Of a stretch of 64,000 bases of DNA, positions 1 through 8,900 are shown piece after piece (position 1 is the first letter of the stretch; every line of letters starts with the position of its first letter). The stretch covers positions 6,160 through 70,159 of the forward strand of contig CAISZI010000058.1 of the NCBI GenBank assembly GCA_903889905.1. Direction: 5' to 3'. Origin of the DNA: Candidatus Wirthbacteria bacterium. GTDB lineage: Bacteria > Patescibacteriota > CG2-30-54-11. Both the position numbers and the translations under genes were made by a program. The notes below the pieces were generated by a model, which was not told the origin of the DNA, made no database searches, and saw only the letters and a program-made list of their open reading frames with translations.

Positions 1-400
1 GCGTAGATTTCTTTCGCTCTGCAGCAAACAAACCATCGGCCGCAAGCAGCGCTTTGAGCCGCTCAAACGCAATCTTGAGCGCGCCCTCGCCAAACGGTTC
101 GATCGCGGTGATCTGCAAGCTGAATTTGCCATAGGGCGCGTACAGATTAGGCACGCCCGTCACGATTACCTGCATGCCCTGCTGCACCAGATCGATACCA
201 CGAATGTTGGGTTTGTAATTGCCTAAGTTCAGAATCGCCGCTTCGGTCGTATCTTTGAGGGTGATAAACACGCCGCCTTTGCCACTCAGGCGCAGTTCGG
301 TAATTTCACCCACGACCTGAAACTCGCCCATGTCTTCGAACAGAGTGTTCATCAAGGTGGCAAACTGAGCTACCGAAAGCAGTGGCAGATGATCAGGCAT
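1..400 (-). CDS. xseA: Exodeoxyribonuclease VII large subunit, N-terminal part (gene runs off window start)
   Basis: Reverse-strand translation from ATG at 398-400: MPDHLPLLSVAQFATLMNTLFEDMGEFQVVGEITELRLSGKGGVFITLKDTTEAAILNLGNYKPNIRGIDLVQQGMQVIVTGVPNLYAPYGKFSLQITAIEPFGEGALKIAFERLKALLAADGLF. This matches the XseA OB-fold N-terminus pattern (SGHWYFTLKD...VSLYEPRG.YQL....EP.G.GAL..FE.LK.KL..EGLF). Not in the ORF track because it has no stop codon in the window. Confidence 0.6.
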   Translation of the reverse strand, partial: MPDHLPLLSVAQFATLMNTLFEDMGEFQVVGEITELRLSGKGGVFITLKDTTEAAILNLGNYKPNIRGIDLVQQGMQVIVTGVPNLYAPYGKFSLQITAIEPFGEGALKIAFERLKALLAADGLFAAERKKST

Positions 401-421
401 CGGGTTTTTAGCGTGCAGATA

Positions 422-2593
422 TTATTTAATTTCCAGCGTTTTGACTTCTTTCCAGGTGCTTTCATCGAGCGCGACCACTTTGCTGCTGCTGACCACATAC
501 AGTGTGTTACCGATATAAACAGCCCGGCTGGAAGCGGTGTCACTAATTGTTTTCACAGTGCTCAAACTGCTCCCGGCATAACTGACGACAAACGCCTTGT
601 CGCCGGCTGGCACAAAAACCACCTGATGGTCGCTGTCCTGGAGCAACGCGTGGTAATCATTCTGCACATCCGACCAGTAGGCATCGAGGCTGACTTTGCT
701 GACTTCCCTAGGTGCGGATGGGACACTCACATCAAAGAGCGAGACTTTCACTTTTTGATCATCCATGCCAACGCCCATAATATGAGTGGCGTCAATGGGG
801 TGCAGATACGAGGAATAACCAGGAATTTTGAGCTCGCCAACCTGCTGTGGGTTGCCGGGATTGCTCAGATCCAGGACGTAAAACGGATCGGTCTGGCGAT
901 AAGTCACCACATAGCCCATGTCGCCGACAAAACGCACCGCATAGATCGACTCGCCTTTGCCCAGGTCCTGAACTTTGCCCACAACTTTCAAACTGCTGTT
1001 CAGCACATACACGTCATTGACACTGGAACTGCTGGTCCACCAGTTGTTGATGGTCGAAGCCAAGCGAAGATTACCCTGGTATTCATCCATGGAAAACTGG
1101 TTCTGCAAATAGCCCGGGAATTCACCTGTTTCAGCCACTTTCAAACCATTCAAGTCAACTTTGACCACCGCACTTAGCTGATATTTGCGTCCATTCTGGT
1201 CATAAAAAGCTTTCAATTTGGCTTCATTGTCTTTTTGGTATTTCTCCATCTGTGCCGTGGTCAGTGTTTGCAAGTAACTGCTTTCAATCACGTTCATTTC
1301 CGTTTCTTTGGCCTGGTCGGAAATATCATACGTGCTCAATCTGTCCAGTTTGTCCATAATGGTCTGAGGAAACAAGCCGGAGCCACTATCGTGCAGAAAA
1401 TCCAGCATCATTTTTAGATTGTTCACAGGTTGTTGATAAGCCAGGTATATCGCCTCCGGAAAGACGGAGACAACCGTCGCCGAACTATTGCCCACAAAGC
1501 TGGTTTTGTCCAAATTGTTGCCCGTCGCTGGGTCAATTGCCAGAATAGTGAAGGTATTGCTCACGGTGGTCGGTACGATCGGGTGATAAATCATGGCACA
1601 CGGCACTGAAATAGCAACGCTGTCTTTGAGCATAGGTTCGATTGGACAGGGGGACGAATAATTCAAGCCGGACTGCACCACCACGTACAGTTTTCCGCCA
1701 AGTAGTCGCGCCGTCTGCAGGCTGGCGTTGTTGTCATAAGTATAATGCCACAACTGTTTGGGCTTGGCTGGATCGGATATGTCATAACCGTAAATGCCGG
1801 GCGTGGTTGCCGCACCATTGCGATAATAATCAGTAGAAAAAACCATCAGCACATTACCACTTAGCAGCAGATCACCGCTCAAATCAATGCTGCCAACTTT
1901 GGCCAGGGACTGAGCCGGAACTGCACCAATTACCTGAACTTTAGGCGCATCCATCTGGATGGGCGGCATAATCGGGCTCGGGGCAATCATCTTGGTCGCT
2001 GAGGTGGCATCCAACAATGTTGGCACAACAGGTTCTGATGCCGGGGCTGCTTCGCCGACAACAAGATTGGTGCTCATCAAAGTTGGCACCGCAGCACCAG
2101 CGGACCCGGAACTGCTGCCACTGCTGGAAGCGGAAGGAAGGCTGTAAGCCTTGGGCATGATATCGTTGTAGTAAATCGGATAATTGTTTGAACTGCCGTA
2201 AAAAATCTGCTGGCCATTGGTCTTGATACTGTCCGGCTCGTCGATGCCCAGAACTTGGACATTGGTGGTGGAATAGCGGCCCGCATCCGAGACCAATCCC
2301 GTTGCCGAAATTGAATCTTTGGCCAAGGTGTCCAGCCCGGTTTTGGTTGCTGTCGGTGCAATGGCCGCGTTATTGGCAAGTTGTCTGAGTCCAGAGTCAT
2401 TAGTGCTGGTGCTGGCCTGGGCTAAATAATTTTTGAAATCGTCACTGGATTTAAAGGTATCGAGTTTGAAACCTGTTGGCGCTTTCGTTTCACCGGCAAA
2501 CATGAGCTGATTGGTTTTGCGCAGGTAAATCAATCCCACCAGTCCGATGATAACAACGGCGCTGATCACGATTTGAGTGACTTTCTTGTTCAT
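422..2593 (-). CDS. Secreted or membrane-anchored protein with C-terminal beta-propeller domain (COG4880-like)
   Basis: N-terminal TM helix (IVISAVVIIGLVGLIYL). C-terminal region has the IYAVRFVGDMGYVVTYRQTDPFYVLDLSNPGNPQQVGELKIPGYSSYLHP...KVSLFDVSVPSAPREV motif typical of the COG4880 beta-propeller family (common in archaea and CPR). Confidence 0.6.
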   Translation of the reverse strand: MNKKVTQIVISAVVIIGLVGLIYLRKTNQLMFAGETKAPTGFKLDTFKSSDDFKNYLAQASTSTNDSGLRQLANNAAIAPTATKTGLDTLAKDSISATGLVSDAGRYSTTNVQVLGIDEPDSIKTNGQQIFYGSSNNYPIYYNDIMPKAYSLPSASSSGSSSGSAGAAVPTLMSTNLVVGEAAPASEPVVPTLLDATSATKMIAPSPIMPPIQMDAPKVQVIGAVPAQSLAKVGSIDLSGDLLLSGNVLMVFSTDYYRNGAATTPGIYGYDISDPAKPKQLWHYTYDNNASLQTARLLGGKLYVVVQSGLNYSSPCPIEPMLKDSVAISVPCAMIYHPIVPTTVSNTFTILAIDPATGNNLDKTSFVGNSSATVVSVFPEAIYLAYQQPVNNLKMMLDFLHDSGSGLFPQTIMDKLDRLSTYDISDQAKETEMNVIESSYLQTLTTAQMEKYQKDNEAKLKAFYDQNGRKYQLSAVVKVDLNGLKVAETGEFPGYLQNQFSMDEYQGNLRLASTINNWWTSSSSVNDVYVLNSSLKVVGKVQDLGKGESIYAVRFVGDMGYVVTYRQTDPFYVLDLSNPGNPQQVGELKIPGYSSYLHPIDATHIMGVGMDDQKVKVSLFDVSVPSAPREVSKVSLDAYWSDVQNDYHALLQDSDHQVVFVPAGDKAFVVSYAGSSLSTVKTISDTASSRAVYIGNTLYVVSSSKVVALDESTWKEVKTLEIK

Positions 2594-2610
2594 GTTTTTG
2601 ACTCCTTTGG

Positions 2611-3897
2611 TTAGGTTATGGTTTGACTTGCCGCACTGTGACCCGCGACATAGCCGGTCGAAAACGCGGCCTGTAAATTGTAGCCACCAGTATCCCCCTG
2701 AATGTCCAGCACTTCACCGGCAAAGTATAGCCCGCTGACCAGCTTGGACTCAAGCGTTTTGGGATCCACTTCCTTGAGCTTGATGCCACCAGCCGTCACC
2801 ACCGCTTCTTCCCAGGGGCGAAGTCCAGTCAAAGTAAGAGGTAAGGCCGTAAGCAGTGTTTGCAGCTGTGTGCGCTCTGCTGCCGAAATTTGATGACCGA
2901 CTTTATCCTCGGCCATGCCACTGAGTTTGAGAAAAACAGGAATCAGGCTGCTGGGTAATAATGTTTTGAGGATATTGCCCAAATTTTTCTTGCCATTTTG
3001 GTCAAATTCACGTTGCAGCCGGTCACGTATTTGCGTCGCACTCAAGGCTGGTTTCAGATTTAATTCTGCCGTCATGCCCAGATTCCAGTGCTGAAAATCC
3101 CGATGCCCGCTGTCCCACATTTGACGTAAAATGGGTACCAGACACTGGCTCAGCTCCAACACGATCGGGCCACTAACACCAAAGTGCGTAAACAATAATT
3201 CACCAAAGGCCACAGCCAGTTGCTTACCGTTATGAAAAAGCGATAGTTCAACGTTTTTGAGCGCCAGTCCGCTGAGTTCTTTTACCCAGCTCTCACTCAC
3301 CTCAAACGGCACCAGACTCGGAACTGGCGTTACAATGACATGTTTTGCATGTCTGGCCAATTCGTAACCGCTGCCAACTGATCCTGTGAGCGGATAACTT
3401 TTGCCACCCGTAGCCACGATCACGGCATCCGCTTCGGTCAATTTGCCCGCCACCAAAACGCCTTTGCACACTCCACCCTCGATCACCAGTTGTTCCACTT
3501 TCTGGCCAAGCCGCAGCTCGACGCCGGCGGCTGTGCACATATTGAGGAGAGCATCGCGCACATCTTTGGATTTCTGGCTGGCCGGATAAAGTCGTCCGCC
3601 GCGTTCCTCGACCGTGTCAACGCCCAACGTCTTGAGCAATTTGAGCAGATCCGGGCTGAAAAACTGGTTAAAAACGCCATAAAGAAATTTTCCGCCCGCG
3701 CCAAAAGCTTTGATAAAGTCTTCACGGCTGGCGGAATTCGTTACATTGCAACGTCCACTACCGGTAATCAGCAGTTTGCGGCCAGTGTAAGTTTGGCCGT
3801 CAATACCAATGACATGGGCACCAGCTGCGGCTGCCGTGCCTGCAGCCATCAGGCCAGAAGCACCAAGACCAACAACGATAATTATTTTTTGAGGCAT
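2611..3897 (-). CDS. NAD(P)/FAD-dependent oxidoreductase, HI0933/YhiN (BaiN-like) family
   Basis: Rossmann GXGXXG at the N-terminus (IIIVVGLGASGLMAAGTAA) and TGSGRCNVTN motif characteristic of HI0933-like flavoproteins. Start trimmed to MPQKIIIVVG. Confidence 0.7.
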   Translation of the reverse strand: MPQKIIIVVGLGASGLMAAGTAAAAGAHVIGIDGQTYTGRKLLITGSGRCNVTNSASREDFIKAFGAGGKFLYGVFNQFFSPDLLKLLKTLGVDTVEERGGRLYPASQKSKDVRDALLNMCTAAGVELRLGQKVEQLVIEGGVCKGVLVAGKLTEADAVIVATGGKSYPLTGSVGSGYELARHAKHVIVTPVPSLVPFEVSESWVKELSGLALKNVELSLFHNGKQLAVAFGELLFTHFGVSGPIVLELSQCLVPILRQMWDSGHRDFQHWNLGMTAELNLKPALSATQIRDRLQREFDQNGKKNLGNILKTLLPSSLIPVFLKLSGMAEDKVGHQISAAERTQLQTLLTALPLTLTGLRPWEEAVVTAGGIKLKEVDPKTLESKLVSGLYFAGEVLDIQGDTGGYNLQAAFSTGYVAGHSAASQTIT

Positions 3898-4019
3898 GTC
3901 CAGATTGTACCGGCTTTGGGGAGGCGAGGCAATCAAAGACCACCCTCAGGTTAATTACTAAGCAGCCAACGAAACAAGCTTCAGGGGAAGCTGTTTCGTA
4001 TAGTCATTTTAAGTAGCGT

Positions 4020-4568
4020 TCACTCCCGACAGCAGTCCACGGCCTTTTTGACCACCTGGCCGAGCTTGGCAAACAGGCTGGAGCTACCTTTGTCCACCGG
4101 TTTGGCGTCTTCGGAGATGAAGTGCGCTTTGTCGTCGTCCACGTGTTTGACGTCCTCGGTTTTGACAATGCCCAGGTTAAGGCCCCAGAAAAGGCTGTAA
4201 AGGTTGTAGGCTTTTTTGAACAAATCGCGCGCGTCGGCTTCACTGCCTTTGCCCAGCATTTTGGTGCCGACTTCCATCAAGCGCATCGAGCTGGCGAGCA
4301 GGTGCTTGGAAATACACCAGACTTCGCCCTCGTAGTCCTTGATAATGCGCTTCAGGAGCGATTTGCGCATATCGCGCACTTCTTTGAGCACTTCATAGTA
4401 AGCGGGATTGCCCGTTTTTTCGGCGCTGAAAAACAGGTGTTCTTCGATACTGATCAGGTTCATGATACCAATCGAAAGGTCCTCATCGGAACTCAAATCG
4501 AGCTTTTCGCCTTTTTCCATCTTTTTGACTTTATCCAAAAAAGCCTGAACGTCCTTGTCTTCAGCCAT
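4020..4568 (-). CDS. Hypothetical cytoplasmic protein
   Basis: 182-aa ORF with coding-like composition. No recognisable motif. Confidence 0.4.
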   Translation of the reverse strand: MAEDKDVQAFLDKVKKMEKGEKLDLSSDEDLSIGIMNLISIEEHLFFSAEKTGNPAYYEVLKEVRDMRKSLLKRIIKDYEGEVWCISKHLLASSMRLMEVGTKMLGKGSEADARDLFKKAYNLYSLFWGLNLGIVKTEDVKHVDDDKAHFISEDAKPVDKGSSSLFAKLGQVVKKAVDCCRE

Positions 4569-4577
4569 GGATTGCCT

Positions 4578-5090
4578 TTATTTCAAAGTGATAAAGTAAA
4601 AAAACACGCTGGCCAGGATGAGTGGAGTCACTGGCAAAATGACTTTTTGATAAGGAAAATGCGCCTTGCCGTCTTCACGTTGCATACGCAAAATACGGTC
4701 GCCATAAAACCCCAACAAGAACAAAACGGTACCGACCAGTATACCCACCAGCAATTTGTCGATGCCCCACAAGCGGTTAAGTGGATGGCCTGCAAAATTA
4801 AAAATATAAAGCCATGGAACAGTGAGTAACCAGTAAATCGTGATACAAATGTAATCCGTGAGCGCCGGCGACCAATCTTTCCAGCGCTTGCGCAGCCACT
4901 TCGACGTCCAGAATCCCATGAGCAGCAACGCGGCGCCAACCCACAGTCCCGTTACCGTATCATCAATCCCCAGCCATCGCGATAACCCCAAACCGCCCAC
5001 CACCGCCACGGTACAAACCGGACATTGGGCATGGGCTGCGGCCGGCAATAAAAGCAAAACGACCGCTGTCAAAACAAACAAAAAAAACAT
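4578..5090 (-). CDS. Hypothetical integral membrane protein (about 4 TM)
   Basis: Start trimmed to MFFLFVLTAVVLLLL. Several hydrophobic helices and a CPVC motif. The longer ORF-track start would read through the intergenic palindromic repeat. Confidence 0.4.
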   Translation of the reverse strand: MFFLFVLTAVVLLLLPAAAHAQCPVCTVAVVGGLGLSRWLGIDDTVTGLWVGAALLLMGFWTSKWLRKRWKDWSPALTDYICITIYWLLTVPWLYIFNFAGHPLNRLWGIDKLLVGILVGTVLFLLGFYGDRILRMQREDGKAHFPYQKVILPVTPLILASVFFYFITLK

Positions 5091-5134
5091 ACAAAATCCT
5101 CGATTATCAAACTGTGGGTATATTAGCATAGAAG

Positions 5135-5190
5135 AGGAGAGGGGGGAAAGAGAACTCACCCTACCCTCTCTTAGGTAAAGAGAGGGTTTA
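5135..5190. repeat. GC-rich palindromic repeat (AGGAGAGGG...CCCTCTCTTaggtaaAGAGAGGG) upstream of DUF559 gene
   Basis: The hairpin ccctctctt/agagaggg is seen directly. The aggagagggggg core is homologous to aggagagggcagggtgaggta found at 61821 and 62276. Confidence 0.5.
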
Positions 5191-5266
5191 GAACAAACAA
5201 CCCTGATTAACACACCTTTGGTTTGATATACTTCAAAAAATTTCCAAACACTATTACAATTGAAGC

Positions 5267-5647
5267 ATGACGATTCTTCATAATAAACTTTCATTCAAAG
5301 AACGGCGACGTGAGCTGCGTCATAATCAAACTGACGCTGAGAATGTTTTATGGCAACGAATACGGGGACGCCAAATTCTTAACTTCAAATTCTACCGCCA
5401 ATTTAGCGTCGGCGCATATATCATGGATTTCTATGCCCCACAAGCTAAACTTGGCATTGAACTTGACGGAGGACAGCACGCAGAGGCAAATCAAGAAGAA
5501 TACGATCAAATTCGAACAGATTATTTAACTTCTATTGGAATCCGAATCCTGAGATTTTGGAATTACGAGGTGATGAACGACTTGGTTACTGTAACAGAAA
5601 CAATTAACAACCATTTGTCGAATCTAATCCTACCCCCTTCCCTTTAA
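5267..5647 (+). CDS. DUF559 endonuclease-domain protein (Vsr-like)
   Basis: ENVLWQRIRGRQILNFKFYRQFSVGAYIMDFYAPQAKLGIELDGGQHAE...RILRFWNYEV is the DUF559 signature. About 55% identical to the paralog at 61852-62244. Confidence 0.65.
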   Translation: MTILHNKLSFKERRRELRHNQTDAENVLWQRIRGRQILNFKFYRQFSVGAYIMDFYAPQAKLGIELDGGQHAEANQEEYDQIRTDYLTSIGIRILRFWNYEVMNDLVTVTETINNHLSNLILPPSL

Positions 5648-5668
5648 TAAAGGGAAGGGCTGGGGATG
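5629..5668. repeat. Palindromic repeat cccttcccttt-aataa-agggaaggg overlapping the 3' end of the DUF559 gene
   Basis: Perfect 10-bp stem seen directly. Same CTTCCCTT...AAGGGAAG motif family as at 8872-8893 and 60406-60470. Confidence 0.5.
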
Positions 5669-5675
5669 AGTTCTC

Positions 5676-7808
5676 TTATTCTTTCATACTCAGCTGTATC
5701 CGCTTCCTCTCCTTATCAATCGTCATCACTCTGACCTGCACGTGCTGCTGCAGTTTGACCACTTCGCTCGGGTCTTTGATAAAGCGATCGGCCATCTCGC
5801 TGATGTGCACCAGACCGTCCTGATGCACGCCAATATCAACAAACGCCCCAAAAGCCGTGACGTTGGTGACAATGCCAGGCAGACTCATGCCTTCCTTGAG
5901 GTCGGCCAAGGTATGCACACCTTTGGCAAACGCGAAAACCGTGAGCTGTTCACGCGGGTCACGGCCGGGCTTGGCCAGTTCCGCCAGAATGTCGTTAAGC
6001 GTTGGTAAACCAACGGTTTCATTCACATATTTGCGCAAATCAATTTTTCCGCGCCGACTGTCATCGGTCAACAAATCCCCCACTTTGGCATTCAAATCCG
6101 TGGCCATGGCCGCAACGATGTGATAGCTCTCGGGGTGGACAGCGGAATTGTCGAGTGGATTGGTGGCGCCATGAATGCGCAAAAACCCGGCACATTGTTC
6201 AAAAGCTTTGGCACCCAGTCGCGTCACTTTTTTGAGCTCGCTGCGTGATTTAAACGCACCGTTTTCGGCACGGTAATCAACAATATTCTGCGCCAGCACC
6301 GGCCCCAGGCCGGAAACATACATCAGGAGATGTTTGCTCGCAGTATTCACATTCACGCCCACCGCATTGACGCAACTTTCGACCACCATATCCAAGGAGT
6401 GTTTGAGCTTGGTCTGGTCGACATCATGCTGATACTGCCCCACGCCAATCGATTTGGGGTCGATTTTGACCAGTTCAGCGAGTGGATCCATCAGCCGCCG
6501 GCCAATCGAGATCGAGCCGCGTACCGTGACATCCTGATTGGGAAATTCTTCTCGGGCTGCTTCCGAGGCTGAGTAGATCGAAGCGCCACTTTCGTTCACC
6601 ACATAAATCGGGATATCTTTGCCGAATTTCAATCCGCGGACAAACGCCTCAGTCTCACGACTCGCGGTACCATTACCAATTGAGATTGCCTCAATATCAT
6701 ATTTGTCCACCAACCCGCGCAGTTTCACGGCCGCCAGTGCGGTATCTTCCTGTGGCGGGTGTGGATAAATCGTGTCGTTAATGATGAAGTTACCCTGAGC
6801 GTCGAGGATAACCACTTTGACGCCGGAGCGAAAACCCGGGTCAAGCGCTAACACCTGTTTTTGGCCCAACGGCGGCGACATCAGCAGTTGCCGAGTATTG
6901 TCGGCAAAGACGCGGATCGCTTCCTCGTCAGCGCGTTCTTTGGCACTGCTGGCGAATTCCGTCTCAATTGACGGCGACATCAGCCGGCTGTAACCGTCTT
7001 CGATGCTCATCATCACCTGCTCACAACAACTGGGTTCACCGCCCCGGCGCAAGAACAGTCGTTTCAAGGTGTCAGTACATTTGTCCTGTGGCGGCTCGAT
7101 GATGAAACGCAAATAGCCCTCGGCTTCGCCGCGGAAAATCGCCAGGATCCGGTGCGAGGGGCATTTGTACAAAAGTTCAAAAAAGTTGAAATAATCACGA
7201 AATTTGGCGCCCTGTTCTTCCATGCCTTCCACGACAACCGCACGCAGCAGCGCTTCACGTTCAAAAATACGACGAATGGCGTTACGCGCATCAATGTCCT
7301 CACTCACCCACTCGGCCATGATGTCGCGCGCACCCTCCAGCGCTTCCTCGACATTGTAAATCAAATCGACGACATACTTCCCGGCTTCAGTCTGCAAATC
7401 AGTACCAGGTTCCTGCATGAAAATCATGGCCGCCAGCGGTTCCAACCCTTTTTCGCGTGCCGCCTGTGCTCTCGTCTTACGTTTGGGTTTATAAGGCAGA
7501 TACAAATCCTCAAGCTCAACCAGCGTCGTTGCCGCGTCAATACCGGCTTGGAGCGCATCCGTGAGTTTGCCCTGTTTCTCAATCGACCCCAAGATGTAAA
7601 CGCGGCGTTCGTCCAGTTCTTTGAGCTTGGTCATTTCGAGCAAAATGTTGCCAATCTGCACTTCGTCCAAACTGCCAGTTGCTTCTTTGCGGTAACGCGA
7701 AATAAACGGTACAGTACCGCCTTCGGCCAACAATTCCATGGTGTTCCGAACCTGCTCCGGCGAGATCGAAAGTCGAACAACGATGATACCGACGTGTTTA
7801 TGATTCAT
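5676..7808 (-). CDS. tex: Transcription accessory protein Tex (YqgF/HhH/S1 domains)
   Basis: N-terminal EGGTVPFISRYRKEATGSLDEV (Tex signature), central HhH region, and C-terminal S1 domain (GIVTNVTAFGAFVDIGVHQDGLVHISE). 710 aa. Confidence 0.85.
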   Translation of the reverse strand: MNHKHVGIIVVRLSISPEQVRNTMELLAEGGTVPFISRYRKEATGSLDEVQIGNILLEMTKLKELDERRVYILGSIEKQGKLTDALQAGIDAATTLVELEDLYLPYKPKRKTRAQAAREKGLEPLAAMIFMQEPGTDLQTEAGKYVVDLIYNVEEALEGARDIMAEWVSEDIDARNAIRRIFEREALLRAVVVEGMEEQGAKFRDYFNFFELLYKCPSHRILAIFRGEAEGYLRFIIEPPQDKCTDTLKRLFLRRGGEPSCCEQVMMSIEDGYSRLMSPSIETEFASSAKERADEEAIRVFADNTRQLLMSPPLGQKQVLALDPGFRSGVKVVILDAQGNFIINDTIYPHPPQEDTALAAVKLRGLVDKYDIEAISIGNGTASRETEAFVRGLKFGKDIPIYVVNESGASIYSASEAAREEFPNQDVTVRGSISIGRRLMDPLAELVKIDPKSIGVGQYQHDVDQTKLKHSLDMVVESCVNAVGVNVNTASKHLLMYVSGLGPVLAQNIVDYRAENGAFKSRSELKKVTRLGAKAFEQCAGFLRIHGATNPLDNSAVHPESYHIVAAMATDLNAKVGDLLTDDSRRGKIDLRKYVNETVGLPTLNDILAELAKPGRDPREQLTVFAFAKGVHTLADLKEGMSLPGIVTNVTAFGAFVDIGVHQDGLVHISEMADRFIKDPSEVVKLQQHVQVRVMTIDKERKRIQLSMKE

Positions 7809-7871
7809 GCTCTTATATCCTCAATCATTAAGCCAAAATTCTCGTCGGGGCGCCCCTTGCGGTCGCCCTCT

Positions 7872-8785
7872 CTATTTCTTCCCCCTCAGATGCACCCACC
7901 AATACGGCAATGCCACCAAACCAGCACCACCCACAACATTACCCAGTGTTGACCAAACCAAATTAACGCCAATTTTCCCCATGGTCAGTGCCGTGAGCTG
8001 TCCTCCCGATGCCAGGAACCCCGCCGGCAGCATAAACATGTTGGCCACCGAATGCTCAAACCCCATGGCCACAAATGCTGACACGCCAATCACAATCACG
8101 GCCACGCGGCTGATCCCGTCCTGTACCGACAGCGCCATATACACAGCCAGACAAACCAACGCGTTGGCCAGAATGCCGCGCACAAAAATTTCCAATGGCG
8201 CGAGCGCCACTTTGGTGACAGCAATGTTAACGCTGGTGATCCCGATTGTTGCTATGCCGGGCAAGTCTTTGACCGTCTGCACCGACTTGAGCGCAGCAGC
8301 CCCATAAACAACGTGGCCCAAAAGTCCCGTGAGATAAACCAGGTTGGCCAAACCCAGCGAACCGACAAAGTTAAAACATACACAATCACCCAACTGCGCA
8401 GCATAGCTTTGAGGCCAAATTTGCCACTCAGCCAACCCATGGGCATCAGGCAATTGCCAGTAAAAAGTTCGGCGCCGGCAAAGTAGACCAAAATTAACCC
8501 GAGGCTAAACGCCATCGCCGCGAGCAATTTGAGCAAACCAAGCGGAAAACCCTCAGGTTGAAAAGCCATTACACTGGTATACAGCTGCGCCCCAAGTCCA
8601 ATGTAAACGCCAGCTAAAGTCCCGAGTATCGCCAGACTGCCAAACGATTTTTTAACTTTTTGTGCTTGCCCTTCAGCCAGGTAAACCGCCGTTTCCGCCG
8701 AGGTACGAATGCTGTCTGCCATGTGTTTGCCTCTCAAAAATAAACACGCCAGGGAATATACCACAACACGATTATTGATTGCCAA
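7872..8785 (-). pseudogene. Formate/nitrite transporter (FNT) family gene split by a frameshift
   Basis: Two overlapping reverse ORFs (8252-8785 and 7872-8453) in different frames. Together they give a complete FNT protein (N-terminal part ...AGAELFTGN..., C-terminal part with the FEHSVANMF signature). A single indel lies near 8390-8420. Confidence 0.6.
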
Positions 8786-8804
8786 TGCATTGGACAGAAA
8801 AGAG

Positions 8805-8900
8805 TAACCCCTCTTAATCTCCCCTTACATTAAGGGGAGATATCGGATTCTCCATTTACCATTTTCATGTACCTTCCCTTAAAGTAAGGGAAGGCTAGGA
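8805..8900. repeat. Intergenic palindromic repeat pair (tctccccttacattaaggggaga; ccttcccttaaagtaagggaagg)
   Basis: Hairpins at 8818-8840 and 8872-8893. Near-identical hairpin tctccccttaaagtaaggggaga at 60448-60470. Confidence 0.55.

Noticed and set aside
389-1177. 262-aa plus-strand ORF
   Set aside because: Lies entirely antisense to the well-supported COG4880 beta-propeller gene (422-2593) and has low-complexity, stop-avoiding composition. Treated as a spurious shadow ORF.
4122-4829. 235-aa plus-strand ORF
   Set aside because: Antisense to two minus-strand genes (4020-4568, 4578-5090). No motif. Shadow ORF.
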